The notes: generated by a model not told the origin, from the letters alone. Shown: positions 8,912 through 19,128, counted from the first letter of the stretch. The stretch: DNA of 53,100 bases from Candidatus Hydrogenedentota bacterium (GCA_030432675.1 JAUIMA010000001.1:1-53100); one strand, 5' to 3'. A program made the numbers and translations.

Positions 8912-10333
8912 TTATTTTTTCTTAGGGCGATAGATGTGGGTTGCGGTACCAAATACCGACGCGGCCGTTTCCATAACCGATTCACTCAAGGTCGGGTGGG
9001 GGTGAATGGTCAGGTCCAAATCGCTGACCAGCGCGCCCATCTCAATGGCGAGGGTACCTTCGGCAATCAGCTCACCGGCACCGGCACCTACGATACCCAT
9101 ACCCAACAGCTGTTCCGTTTCGGGGTCGGAAATAATCTTGGTCAACCCTTCGGTGCGGTTGATGGTCGTCGCACGACCGGATGCCGCCCAGGGGAAGCGT
9201 GCCACGTTAACTGCGCGGCCTTCTTGCTTGGCTTCTTCTTCCGTCAAACCACACCAGGCCACTTCGGGGTCGGTAAAGACCACCGCAGGGATCGCCTGGG
9301 GCTCAAAGGCTGCATTGTGTCCGGCGATGACTTCGGCGGCCACGCGCCCTTCGGCCGACGCCTTGTGGGCCAGCATGGCCCCACCCACGATATCGCCAAT
9401 TGCAAAGATATGCTCATCGGCCGTGCGCATCTGCTCGTCGACTTCGATGAAGCCCCGGTCGTTAACGACTACGCCCGTGCTCTTCAGGCCGAGACCGCTG
9501 GAATTGGGTTTCCGGCCGATGCTCACCAGCACCTTGTCAAAGACGCGGTTGGGCTTTTTGATACCTTCGCCTTCGAGGGTCACTTTGATGCCATTCTTCT
9601 GCTCTTTCATTTCGGCAATCTTGGTATTGAGCAGAATCTCTTTGAACTGACCTTCCAGACGGGCCTGCAGGGGCTTGACCAAATCGCGGTCCGCGCCGGG
9701 CAGGAGACCGGGCATCATTTCCACGCAGGTCACTTCGGAGCCCAACGCGGCATAGACGGTACCCAATTCCAACCCGATGTAACCACCGCCCACGAGGAGG
9801 AGGGATTCGGGAACGTCTTCCAACAGCAAGGCACCGGTGGAATTCATGATTCGATCGGTTTCGATCAAGGGGCCGAAACGGGCAGGACGGGAACCGGCAG
9901 CGATAATGGTGTATTCGGCGCTGAGCTTCACCTGCTTGCCATCGGCTTGCGTCACGACCAGGTTGGTGGAGTTCACAAAGTTACCACGGCCCTGGATGTA
10001 ATTAATCTTACGGGCATTCACAAGCTGACCAAGGCCACCGGTCATCTGCTCGACCACACCGGCCGTCGAGGCGCGAACGCGGTCCAGATCGATTTCGGGC
10101 TCGCCGTAGCTGAGGCCGAAGTAGGACGCCTCACGGGATTCATTGATTACCTTGGCCACATGCAAGAGGGCCTTGGAGGGGATGCACCCGCGATAAAGGC
10201 AGGTGCCGCCGGGGTTCTTTTCCACATCGATCAGGGTGACATCCAGCCCCAGATCAGCGGCCATAAAGGCGGCCGCATAGCCACCGGGTCCACCGCCCAG
10301 TACGGCAACTTGCGTGCTTTGTTCGCTACTCAT
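8912..10333 (-). CDS. lpdA: Dihydrolipoyl dehydrogenase (E3)
   Basis: GGGPGGY FAD site, GGTCLYRGCIPSK redox disulfide, GGGYIGLE, HPHPTLSE. Confidence 0.97.
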   Translation of the reverse strand: MSSEQSTQVAVLGGGPGGYAAAFMAADLGLDVTLIDVEKNPGGTCLYRGCIPSKALLHVAKVINESREASYFGLSYGEPEIDLDRVRASTAGVVEQMTGGLGQLVNARKINYIQGRGNFVNSTNLVVTQADGKQVKLSAEYTIIAAGSRPARFGPLIETDRIMNSTGALLLEDVPESLLLVGGGYIGLELGTVYAALGSEVTCVEMMPGLLPGADRDLVKPLQARLEGQFKEILLNTKIAEMKEQKNGIKVTLEGEGIKKPNRVFDKVLVSIGRKPNSSGLGLKSTGVVVNDRGFIEVDEQMRTADEHIFAIGDIVGGAMLAHKASAEGRVAAEVIAGHNAAFEPQAIPAVVFTDPEVAWCGLTEEEAKQEGRAVNVARFPWAASGRATTINRTEGLTKIISDPETEQLLGMGIVGAGAGELIAEGTLAIEMGALVSDLDLTIHPHPTLSESVMETAASVFGTATHIYRPKKK

Positions 10334-10388
10334 GATTTATCCTCTTCCCCCGTCGGGGTTATGTTTTCTGCTGCTCCACCAGGGGCTA

Positions 10389-11741
10389 TCAGGATTCCAG
10401 AATCAACTTCCAGGGGTTTTCCAGGGCCTCGGCCACCCAACGCATGAAGCGGGCCGCATCGGCACCGTCGATGAGACGGTGGTCATAGGAAAGGCTCAGG
10501 GGAAGCATCGTCCGGGGAACCAGCTGTCCATTCTGGAAAACACCTTCCACGGCCGAACGGGACACCCCGAGGATGGCCACTTCCGGCGAGTTGATGATGG
10601 GCGTAAAGCCCGTTCCACCAAGACCACCCAGATTGCTGATGGTGAAGGTCGTGCCGGACATGTCTTCCAGCGTCAACTTGCGGTCCCGTGCTTTCTTGGC
10701 AATACCAGGAAGCTCCAGGGCCAATTCCTGCAGGCTCTTCTTGTCGACGTCGCGGATGGCGGGCACCAGCAGACCGGCCGGGGTATCCACCGCCACGCCG
10801 ATGTTGTAGTACTGCTTCAAGATGACCTGCTCGTTTTCGAGGTCGATGCTCGCATTAAACTTGGGAAAGCGGCGCAGCGCTTCGGTGATGACCTTCATCA
10901 AGAAGATGGTCACTGTCAGGCTTCCGCCCTCGGCCTTGATGGCGGGCGCATACTGCTTGCGGACCTGTTCCAGCGCTGTAATGTCGGCCTTCTCAAAGTG
11001 GGTCACATGGGGGATGGTCGTCCAGCAGTGGGTCATGTGGGCGGCGGTCTTTTTGCGGACACCGCTCATGCCATCGCGAACAATCTTACCCCAACGGTCG
11101 TCTTCCATGGCACCGGCCACGGCGGGTGCGGCGGAAGTTACCGGTACGGGTGCGGTCGTGGCAGCCGGAGCGGCGGAAGCCGATTCGCTGGCCGGGGGCG
11201 TGGCACCACTGGAGGAAGCGTAGGCTTCCACATCCTGGGCGGTAACGCGACCACTCGGATCCGACGTGGGCACGTCGGTCAATTGGACACCCAGGTTCCG
11301 CGCCAATTTGCGCACCGAAGGCGAGGCCAACACACGGCCGCCCACAGCGGGCTTTGCAGAAGGGGCCGCTTTGGGAGCGGGTTTCGCGGGTGCCGGGGCT
11401 GCCTTGGCTGCGGGCGCGGGCGCGGGTTTCGGAGCTTCCTTCTTCGCGGGCGCTTCTTTCTTCTCCGCCTTGGCAGCAGGCTTGGCTGACTCGCCACCAC
11501 CAGCCGACTCGTCGGCGACCAGAATAACCTGGCCCACACTCACGGCATCACCCACCTTGACGCGGATTTCCGTAATCTTGCCGCCAAAGGGAATGGGGAT
11601 TTCCGCCACGGCTTTGTCGGTTTCAATTTCGATGATGGACGTGTCGGCCGCCACGGTGTCACCCACCGAAGCCAGGAGGGTTGCCACGGTGCCCGAGGTA
11701 ACGCCCTCGCCCAATTCAGGCAATTTAAATTCTGTCGCCAT
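10389..11741 (-). CDS. aceF: Pyruvate dehydrogenase E2, dihydrolipoyllysine acetyltransferase (one lipoyl domain)
   Basis: ETDKA lipoyl site, Ala/Pro linker, ASPSVRKLAR E3-binding domain, SYDHRLIDGA; lies between aceE and lpdA. Confidence 0.93.
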   Translation of the reverse strand: MATEFKLPELGEGVTSGTVATLLASVGDTVAADTSIIEIETDKAVAEIPIPFGGKITEIRVKVGDAVSVGQVILVADESAGGGESAKPAAKAEKKEAPAKKEAPKPAPAPAAKAAPAPAKPAPKAAPSAKPAVGGRVLASPSVRKLARNLGVQLTDVPTSDPSGRVTAQDVEAYASSSGATPPASESASAAPAATTAPVPVTSAAPAVAGAMEDDRWGKIVRDGMSGVRKKTAAHMTHCWTTIPHVTHFEKADITALEQVRKQYAPAIKAEGGSLTVTIFLMKVITEALRRFPKFNASIDLENEQVILKQYYNIGVAVDTPAGLLVPAIRDVDKKSLQELALELPGIAKKARDRKLTLEDMSGTTFTISNLGGLGGTGFTPIINSPEVAILGVSRSAVEGVFQNGQLVPRTMLPLSLSYDHRLIDGADAARFMRWVAEALENPWKLILES

Positions 11742-11838
11742 TAATCTCTCGTCCTGCGTGGTTCCGAATCATTCCGATGAAACATCACACAAGATGCCGC
11801 ATCAGACGATCCGCTGACCTCGGTTTCGCGCGCAAGCC

Positions 11839-11858
11839 CACCGTCCTGCAGGACGGTG
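11839..11858. repeat. Perfect 20-bp palindrome caccgtcctgcaggacggtg in the aceE-aceF spacer
   Basis: Self-complementary sequence read directly. Confidence 0.7.
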
Positions 11859-11950
11859 CGTTCGCGGTAATGTACGTTGTATAAATGCAGCGACACGCAT
11901 TCCGTGTCGCTGCGCTAGGATTCAATCAGGCCAGCGGCCCGGCAGGGCCA

Positions 11951-14620
11951 TCAGGCAGAGGCCGGGTCGGGCTTGTTGGTTGCAATCTTCATGTCTTTCA
12001 TGGCCTTTTTGACCACGTCGATTTTTATTTTCCCTTCGCGGGCCAGGGAATTCAGCGTGGCCAGCACGATAAAGCGGGCGTCCACTTCAAAGTGATCGCG
12101 GAGGGCTTCGCGGGTTTCACTGCGGCCAAAGCCATCGGTGCCCAGGCTCTCGATGCCCTGGGGAATCCACTTGAGCAGGCTGTCGGGCAGGATCTTCATA
12201 TAATCCGACGCCGCAACCACAACGCCCTCTTCATTGGCCAGACACTTGGTCACGTAAGGTACGCGGGCCTTGGAGCCGGGGTGAATGCGATTCCAACGCT
12301 CAACGGCCAGACCATCGCGGCGAAGTTCGCCGTAGCTGGTCACGCTCCACACATCCGACGCGACTTTGTATTTCGTCTCGAGGATGTCGGCGGCCTTGAG
12401 TACTTCGTTCATGATGGCGCCGCTACCCAGCAACTGGGCCTTGAGCTTGGCACCCTTTTCCTGGGACGCGCGGAATTTATACATCCCCTTGAGGATGCCA
12501 TCACGCACCGTCTTGCCCTTGGGCATGGCGGGCATGGCGTAGTTTTCATTTTCCACGGTCAGGTAGTAGAAGACGCTCTCGCCGTTTTCATACATGCGGC
12601 GGATGCCATCCTGCACAATAACCGCCAGCTCATAGGCGAAGGCGGGGTCGTAGCAGAGCATGTTGGGCACCGTGCTACCGAGGACCAGGCTGTGCCCGTC
12701 CTGGTGCTGGAGCCCTTCGCCATTCAGCGTGGTCCGACCGGCCGTACCGCCGACGAGGAAGCCTTTGCAACGAATATCGCCCGCAAGCCACACCAAATCG
12801 CCAATACGCTGCATGCCAAACATGGAGTAGAATACGTAGAAGGGAATGGTGTTAATGCCGTGGGTGGCATAGGCCGTTCCCGCTGCCAGGAAGGACGCCA
12901 TGGAACCGGCTTCGTTGATGCCTTCTTCCAGAATCTGACCATCCGTCGCTTCGCGGTAATACAGCAGGTTGTCGGAGTCCACCGGCTCATAGAGCTGGCC
13001 TTTGGACGAGTAAATACCCACCTGGCGGAAGAGACCATCCATACCAAAGGTACGGGCTTCGTCGGGCACGATGGGCACAATCAAATCGCCGAGCTTTTTG
13101 TCACGGAGCAGCTTGGACATGATGCGCACGAGGACCATGGTGGTCGAAACGGCGCGGTCGTTGCCCGAGAAGAACTCCTTGATCAATTCATCGCTCGGTG
13201 CCTTAATGGCCGGGGCTTTTACGTCACGACGGGGCAGGTAGCCACCCAGTTCAGCACGACGGGCCTGCAGGTACTGCATTTCCGCTGTTTGCTCGTCGGG
13301 CTTGTAGAACGGCGCATAGGCCACTTCATCGTCGGTAATGGGAATGCCGAAGTTGCCACGGAACTCGCGCAACTCATCTTCGTTCATCTTTTTCTGCTGG
13401 TGGGTAATGTTCTTACCTTCACCCGCTTCACCCAGGCCATAGCCTTTGACCGTCTTCGCCAGGATAACCGTGGGACGGCCTTCGGTTTCCACCGCTTTCT
13501 TGTAAGCCGCGTGGACCTTTACGGGGTCATGACCGCCCCGTTTAATCTTACGGAGTTGCTCGTCGCTCAGGGTGTCGAGGAGGGGCTTGAGTTCGGGGTC
13601 GCGCTCGAGGAACCACTTGCGGATGTAGTCACCCGATTCCACGGTAAACTTCTGATAGTCCCCGTCCACGGCGTTTTCGAGCACCTGGATGAGGCGTCCA
13701 CCGTGTTCGGATTCGAAGACCGGATCCCACTCGCTGCCCCAGATCACCTTGATCACGTTCCAGCCGGCACCCCGGAAGATGCGCTCCAGTTCCTGGATAA
13801 TCTTGCCGTTACCACGCACCGGACCGTCCAGACGCTGGAGGTTACAGTTGATAACGAAGATCAGGTTGTCGAGGTTTTCCCGCACAGCCAGGCCGATAGC
13901 ACCCAGTGTTTCGGGCTCATCGCATTCGCCGTCGCCCAGGAAGGCCCACACGTGGCCGCCATTGTCGGGCTTGAGGCCACGGTCTTCCAGGTAGCGGTTA
14001 AACCATGCCTGGTAGATGGCCATGATGGGACCAAGCCCCATGGAAACGGTGGGGAATTGCCAGAACTCGGGCATGAGCCAGGGGTGGGGGTAGGAGGAAA
14101 GTCCGCCGCCCTTCGCCAGCTCACGTCGGAAGTTCTTGAGGTCTTTTTCGGTCAGACGCCCTTCCACAAAAGCACGGGCATAAATGCCGGGGGAGGCGTG
14201 GCCCTGGAAATAAATCTGGTCGCCGCCGTGCTCATCGGTCCGCCCGTGGAAGAAGTGGTTAAAGCCCACTTCATACAGGTTGGCGGAGGAAGCATAGGTC
14301 GAAATGTGACCGCCCACACCGTCGCTCTCGCGGTTGGCACGGACCACCATGGCCATGGCGTTCCAGCGAATGGTCGACTTGTTGAGTCGCTCCAACTCGC
14401 GATCACCCGGATACTCGGGCTCTTCGTCCACCGGAATGGTGTTGATGTACGGCGTGTTCGCCGTAAAGGGAAGACGCACACCCCGCTCGTAGGCCCGATC
14501 AGAAAGGCGATCCAACAGCTCACGCCCGATGTGCACGCCGCCTTCATCGACCAACGCGTCGAGGGCCTCCAGCCATTCCTGGGCTACTTGTTCATCCAAA
14601 GATTCGGGTTCAGTACTCAC
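11951..14620 (-). CDS. aceE: Pyruvate dehydrogenase E1, homodimeric type
   Basis: GGHISTYAS, LSSYPHPWLMPEFWQFPTVSMGLGP, TPP motif GDGECDEPE, GEGLQHQDGHS; GTG start. Confidence 0.97.
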   Translation of the reverse strand: MSTEPESLDEQVAQEWLEALDALVDEGGVHIGRELLDRLSDRAYERGVRLPFTANTPYINTIPVDEEPEYPGDRELERLNKSTIRWNAMAMVVRANRESDGVGGHISTYASSANLYEVGFNHFFHGRTDEHGGDQIYFQGHASPGIYARAFVEGRLTEKDLKNFRRELAKGGGLSSYPHPWLMPEFWQFPTVSMGLGPIMAIYQAWFNRYLEDRGLKPDNGGHVWAFLGDGECDEPETLGAIGLAVRENLDNLIFVINCNLQRLDGPVRGNGKIIQELERIFRGAGWNVIKVIWGSEWDPVFESEHGGRLIQVLENAVDGDYQKFTVESGDYIRKWFLERDPELKPLLDTLSDEQLRKIKRGGHDPVKVHAAYKKAVETEGRPTVILAKTVKGYGLGEAGEGKNITHQQKKMNEDELREFRGNFGIPITDDEVAYAPFYKPDEQTAEMQYLQARRAELGGYLPRRDVKAPAIKAPSDELIKEFFSGNDRAVSTTMVLVRIMSKLLRDKKLGDLIVPIVPDEARTFGMDGLFRQVGIYSSKGQLYEPVDSDNLLYYREATDGQILEEGINEAGSMASFLAAGTAYATHGINTIPFYVFYSMFGMQRIGDLVWLAGDIRCKGFLVGGTAGRTTLNGEGLQHQDGHSLVLGSTVPNMLCYDPAFAYELAVIVQDGIRRMYENGESVFYYLTVENENYAMPAMPKGKTVRDGILKGMYKFRASQEKGAKLKAQLLGSGAIMNEVLKAADILETKYKVASDVWSVTSYGELRRDGLAVERWNRIHPGSKARVPYVTKCLANEEGVVVAASDYMKILPDSLLKWIPQGIESLGTDGFGRSETREALRDHFEVDARFIVLATLNSLAREGKIKIDVVKKAMKDMKIATNKPDPASA

Positions 14621-15016
14621 CAGGGACCTTCATCCTTTCCACTAAATCGGGCACGCATGGACATGCCGCGAAAGATATTGAATTGCAGATTCTGGAAACT
14701 CAATCTGTTCCATACCCGGCAGGCACCGAGTGACATGGTATTGTAAGCCACCCACCCCGCTTACATCAAGGTCAGACCCGTCGCGCTACGCTATCAATAG
14801 CGTTTTCAAGCCCTTAGACCACTTGATACCCCGCCCTTTTCGCCCCTCGCACCGTCCAAAAAGAGCCCTAGGATTAATCGAATTGCGCCCAAAGCGTAGC
14901 GATTGTACAGAATAGATTACCCGCTCATGGCACGATTCCTGCACCTTCAAGGCAGTTGAATGACTCGCGTTGAAACGCGGCATGAGTCCCCGCCCAACCG
15001 CAGAGGAGTGCCTGTC

Positions 15017-15778
15017 ATGTTACGCAGTATGAACGAACAACTGAACTACACCGTGGAAGCCCTCGACGGCGAAGCCGGTCACCTCCACGATTTCCTCATC
15101 GATGAACGCACCTGGGTCGTCCGCTATGCCGTGGTCGATCTCGGCCACTGGCTGCCCGGACGGAAGGTCTTGCTCGCGCGCCCGGGGATTGACGCGGCCG
15201 ACTATGCCAGCAAGACCCTCACGCTCAAGGCCACAAAGGCCCAGATAGAAGCTTCGCCCGACCTGACGGACGATGCGCCGGTCTCGCGCCAGTATGAGCA
15301 GTATCTCTATGAACACTATCAGTGGGCTCCCTATTGGGCGCCGGGATTCGCCGGAGGCGGCGTTATGCCCATGGAGACGACCGCTATCTCCGAGCCCGAT
15401 TCGCCCCCTTTTAAGGCGGTAAACCCCCACCTGCGCAGCCTCCGGGAGCTTACGGGCTATTCCATCCTGGTGGATGAGGAACACGTCGGCCGGGTGGATG
15501 CCTTCATGTGCTATGACGACACCTGGGAAGTGCCCTTCCTCGTGGCCAATGTGGGTGGGTGGTTCCACAAGGAGCGTCTCATGGTGCCCACGAAACGGGT
15601 GGGCGAGATTGCCTTTACCGAACACCGACTCACCCTCAACATGCGGGCCGATACGCTGGATGACTTGCCCGCCTTTGACCCGGAAGCACCGGAAGCCGGG
15701 CGCATGGAAATGTGCGTCTACGACTATCGCGGCAAGATGGTGTCCCACGAACCGGTCAAAGACAAACACCGCCGTTAA
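15017..15778 (+). CDS. Tandem PRC-barrel domain protein
   Basis: Two repeats of LRS..EL.GY.V.A.DG..G...DF..D...W.V.Y.V...G.W; AGAGGAG RBS before ATG 15017. Confidence 0.85.
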   Translation: MLRSMNEQLNYTVEALDGEAGHLHDFLIDERTWVVRYAVVDLGHWLPGRKVLLARPGIDAADYASKTLTLKATKAQIEASPDLTDDAPVSRQYEQYLYEHYQWAPYWAPGFAGGGVMPMETTAISEPDSPPFKAVNPHLRSLRELTGYSILVDEEHVGRVDAFMCYDDTWEVPFLVANVGGWFHKERLMVPTKRVGEIAFTEHRLTLNMRADTLDDLPAFDPEAPEAGRMEMCVYDYRGKMVSHEPVKDKHRR

Positions 15779-16099
15779 TCCCTGACCATACCCCTGTGTG
15801 GCGGTCGCGGAAGTCAGTCCATTCCGTGGTCGCCACATTTGCATAGGCCCCTGGCCCGTGTAGGTTTTACACAGACACACTGTATCAATAGTTTCCAACG
15901 TTACCAGGCGGCAGCCCCTGGCACCCGGGCATCTCGCCTTGGCACCGTGCTAATCCGGGCGTTTACACCCACTTAAGCGCCCCATCACCGGTTTCGGCAA
16001 GACTCTTGCACTGTACCTGTAGCCCGAAGGCATCCTGACCGCCCTAGGCGACACGATGTCCCACGAAACCGGAAAACCGGTGGAAAGAAGAGGTAACCC

Positions 16100-16594
16100 A
16101 TGAACGCACCCAAAGCACACACCGAAACCGTCACCTCCCTCGGACGTACCCGTCAGGCCAGTCTCGGCGAGGTCATCCAACGGCTCGTCGAAATCCACGC
16201 CCAACTCGCCGCGCATTATAGCCGCATGGCCCTCCGCGTGCCCGGCGACCGCTTCGGACTCGTCCTCACCTATCTCGCAGGACACGAGATGTCCCTCGTG
16301 GATTACCTGCAGAAATTCCTGACCGACGTACCCGAGACCGTGCGGGACCGCCGCTTCAAATATGTACCCGATTTAGCAGGTGCCGATCTCTTCGAACGGC
16401 TCATCCAGCAACCCACCACCGACCTGGACGCCCTCGCCGAACGGCTCCAGGAAATCCACCACGCCATCGACGCCGTCTACGAACCCCTTGACGGCAATCT
16501 GCTCCCCGAGGACCTGGCCGAAGTAGTCGACAAACTCCGCCTCCAGGAAAAAGAACACCTCATCGCCCAGCTCCGCGCCATCAATGATGAGTGA
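16100..16594 (+). CDS. Hypothetical all-helical protein, possibly ferritin-like
   Basis: GAGG RBS, host-like codon bias, helical pattern with His/Glu pairs; followed by a terminator. Confidence 0.7.
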   Translation: MNAPKAHTETVTSLGRTRQASLGEVIQRLVEIHAQLAAHYSRMALRVPGDRFGLVLTYLAGHEMSLVDYLQKFLTDVPETVRDRRFKYVPDLAGADLFERLIQQPTTDLDALAERLQEIHHAIDAVYEPLDGNLLPEDLAEVVDKLRLQEKEHLIAQLRAINDE

Positions 16595-16627
16595 CGGACG
16601 GAGCGATAGGGCAGAAGGATAGCGAGC

Positions 16628-16680
16628 AAAAAGCGCACCCCCACACGCCGACGAATGCGTGTGGGGGTGATTCTTGTTTT
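16628..16680. terminator. Bidirectional intrinsic terminator
   Basis: Perfect 13-bp stem cacccccacacgc (16636-16648) / gcgtgtgggggtg (16657-16669), with an A-run before and T-rich sequence after; lies between convergent genes. Confidence 0.8.
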
Positions 16681-16762
16681 GGGGTGTGGGGTGACCTACA
16701 GGACGCCCACGCAGTGCCGGTGGATGACGCACCGATACGCCGACACAACAACGCGCCTGGCA

Positions 16763-16791
16763 CTCCCCTCCTGGGAGGGGCTGGGGTGGGT
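16763..16791. repeat. REP-like palindrome ctcccctcctgggaggggctggggtgggt
   Basis: cccctcc/ggagggg stem with a G-rich tail, 17 bp past the HNH stop; single copy in the window. Confidence 0.5.
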
Positions 16792-16807
16792 TTGGCGGGA
16801 AGAGCGC

Positions 16808-17578
16808 TTACCGAAAAACATGTTCCCGGTGATAAGCTACGTATTCGGGATCCGGCAGAAAGCGATGGGGGGCGACAATGGGCTTACCGGCGACCTCCTG
16901 TATGGCTTCCGCGTCGGCACGTGGCAGCGCCATCACCTCCGACGACACCACCACCCGAGACGCCTCATCCAACGTAATAAGACCCCGGTCAAAGGCCCGG
17001 TCGTGAAGGGCGTTGAGACAGAGCCCATTGCGCGGGTCCGTGCGCGCCTCAGGACGTGCAGCCCACGGGACTATGTGACTCGCATTCAGCAGCGACGGAA
17101 CCGCGAGGCCCGTGATGCAACATCGGCTGTGATAGGATTCCAAAACCATCTTGCGGAAGAACCCCTGATTGACCCGCTGCCTCACCAGCGCCTCCCGCGT
17201 GGTGCCCTCCCGCACCACCACCGCCGACTCTTCGGGAGACGCCGCAGCCACCGTCTCCTCTAACGACACTTTCAAGCGCGCCGCGAGCAGCCGTTCACTC
17301 TCGAAGACCATCCCATCCCAATCCGCGAAGAATTCCTCCCACACCGCGCGGTCGAGCTTGCTGGCGTTTGTGGCACCCTTTCGCGCCAAGGCGGGGTCTA
17401 TACTCGCCAAGTTTGCGAGCTTATAACTCACCGAGCCAGGCGTTCGCTCAAGAAGCTCTGCCAATGCGATTATCTTGGGATTGCCGTAGTGAATGCTGCC
17501 AAATGAAATCTTGCAATATAGATTTATCGCAAGGATGAGTTCCTCACGCGCCCATGCTCTGCCACGTGCTGCGCTCAT
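16808..17578 (-). CDS. HNH endonuclease (HNH_2 type, putative restriction/defence nuclease)
   Basis: RVNQGFFRKMVL..Y...CCITG...LLNASHIVPW...RNGLCLNALHDRAFDRG; start MSAARG at 17578 overlaps the upstream stop (ATGA). Confidence 0.88.
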   Translation of the reverse strand: MSAARGRAWAREELILAINLYCKISFGSIHYGNPKIIALAELLERTPGSVSYKLANLASIDPALARKGATNASKLDRAVWEEFFADWDGMVFESERLLAARLKVSLEETVAAASPEESAVVVREGTTREALVRQRVNQGFFRKMVLESYHSRCCITGLAVPSLLNASHIVPWAARPEARTDPRNGLCLNALHDRAFDRGLITLDEASRVVVSSEVMALPRADAEAIQEVAGKPIVAPHRFLPDPEYVAYHREHVFR

Positions 17579-17910
17579 GCGAACTCCATCATTCGCGCCA
17601 TCACACTCTCGGTGGTCCAACGCGCATTTCCTGCCAATGCAAACCGTGCTAGAAACTCGCTCGCGGCAAGATCGACCGTTGGAGCTTTCTCCGTGGGTAT
17701 CACCGACGCGATTTCGTGCCAAACATGGTCGCATTCGCGGTAGGGTGGCTCTTGCAAGTCTTCCAGCCCAACTTCAGACGGCACGAAAAACTCTCCTTCG
17801 TAGAAGTGCTCTTGAATTTGCTCAAACGTCACCTCCCCGGAAAGAATTACCTCGTGAAACAGCTTGTAGTTTCCGCCATCGCGGTACCTATATTCGATGT
17901 GGGTGTTCAT
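17575..17910 (-). CDS. Small acidic hypothetical protein (MNTHIEYRYRDGGNYK...DHVWHE), translationally coupled to the HNH gene
   Basis: GGGAGG RBS; ATGA overlap with the HNH start. Confidence 0.8.
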   Translation of the reverse strand: MNTHIEYRYRDGGNYKLFHEVILSGEVTFEQIQEHFYEGEFFVPSEVGLEDLQEPPYRECDHVWHEIASVIPTEKAPTVDLAASEFLARFALAGNARWTTESVMARMMEFA

Positions 17911-18078
17911 TGGTCCCTCCCGATTGCCCTGGACATCGCTGTCTTCTCTCGCCCATTGTATTCATAATATACTGTCTTGAGCAGACAGATTTCACGGTTT
18001 AACGTTGGTGGAGGTTAGCGACGGACGTTGGAAGCGAGTCTACTCGATAGGACGCCGTCGCAAAGCGGAGTGGCCACT

Positions 18079-18357
18079 ATGGACCCTAAATCTTCGAGCG
18101 TAGAGGGAATATATTCAATTTCGGGCAAGCAGGGCTGGGATGCCATAGATATCATGTGGTGTACCCCTGAGGAAGTCGACGGCTATCTTTCCGGTGATTT
18201 CTACGGTGAACGTTTGGACTCCGGTTGGTACTTTGGGCCCCTGGTCAAGATTGGTGAGACGATTTTTGAGGTTCCGCCTCATTGTGAGGGTCCTCGGGGA
18301 CCCTTCGCTACGCGTGAGCAGGCCTTTGGGGCGGCGCAGACCGAGGTCGAAAACTGA
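18079..18357 (+). CDS. Small hypothetical protein (GWYFG...GPFATREQAFGAA)
   Basis: GGAG RBS before ATG 18079; divergent from the 17910 gene. Confidence 0.6.
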   Translation: MDPKSSSVEGIYSISGKQGWDAIDIMWCTPEEVDGYLSGDFYGERLDSGWYFGPLVKIGETIFEVPPHCEGPRGPFATREQAFGAAQTEVEN

Positions 18358-18394
18358 TTGTGCAACGCGTGGTCCCAGAGGCTGTTGGCGCCGC

Positions 18395-18531
18395 GTTTTT
18401 GTGGGACGGGTGGGACGGTCGAATAGTGAATGATGAATTGAGAATAGTGAATTGACTGTCTCGCCTTTCGGTGCCACATCATCTGAACGACACGGGTCCC
18501 ACAAGCCCCACAGGTCCCACAGGTCCCACAC
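18395..18531. repeat. Composite repeat unit 1: (gtgggac) array, 5x 7-mer GAAT array, inverted (gtcccac) array
   Basis: 9-mers at 18401-18416, 7-mers at 18421-18455, reverse 9-mers at 18496-18531. Confidence 0.85.
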
Positions 18532-18549
18532 AATCGGGTGAGTCCTACT

Positions 18550-19128
18550 CTACCCCCCTTCGTGCCGCCGTCCCTTTTGGCGATCGCGGACCGCGAGGCG
18601 GGCCCGGGTCATGCGTTCGCGGAGGCCGCCGTGTTCGAGGAATTCTTTTTCGAGATGGCGTAGCTGTCGGTTGAGCAGGTAGGTGGTCTGATGAATCAGG
18701 CAGACGACAATATTCGCAACCGTTTCGGGCGGGCGGGTGGTGAGGAAGGGTTCGAAGGTGGCGAAGCTCACGCCTTCACCTTGACTCAGTCGGCGCACAT
18801 AGCGCGCTTCTTTGCTTTCTTTGTCCCAGAGGGCCCCGTCGTGGGTGCGCAGGTAATCGAGGTAGTCGGCGAGGAGTTCTTCCAAACTGGCGCGGGCGAC
18901 GTTGGTCAGCTTGATTTCCATTTCCATGGAGGTGCCCGCCGCCTGGCTGCCTTCGATGATGTTCTGCTTACCCGAACGCGCCGCCTGAACCATCTGGTCG
19001 TAGGTCCGGTCCCGCTTGCTCAGAAATCGCCGACAGAAACAGACCGTGGCGTCATAGACGATTTCCGACTTTTGATAGGAAAGGAGTTGGGCGTAGCCGC
19101 CGTGCTTTGGTATGAAACCCTCGCTCAT
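18550..19128 (-). CDS. Four-helix-bundle protein with suffix domain (TIGR02436/TIGR04258-like)
   Basis: HGGY..LLSYQK, RTYDQMVQAARSGKQNIIEGS, LTNVARASLEELL.DY.DYLR, FLEHGGLRERMTRAR. Confidence 0.9.
   Translation of the reverse strand: MSEGFIPKHGGYAQLLSYQKSEIVYDATVCFCRRFLSKRDRTYDQMVQAARSGKQNIIEGSQAAGTSMEMEIKLTNVARASLEELLADYLDYLRTHDGALWDKESKEARYVRRLSQGEGVSFATFEPFLTTRPPETVANIVVCLIHQTTYLLNRQLRHLEKEFLEHGGLRERMTRARLAVRDRQKGRRHEGG

Noticed and set aside
11885..14746. 953-aa plus-strand ORF, and similar long antisense ORFs (8873-10447, 21009-23399, 30541-32382, 37329-39596)
   Set aside because: Shadow frames opposite well-supported genes, expected from GC-rich codon bias; no motifs
17972..17988. ctgtct-tgagc-agacag as a LexA SOS box
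   Set aside because: CTGT-ACAG spacing is 9 nt rather than 8; only a short palindrome of unknown meaning
18115..18674. ORFs with WDLWDLWGLWD, CGTCGTCGAC or PTGPTGPT repeats
   Set aside because: Translations of the non-coding 9-mer arrays
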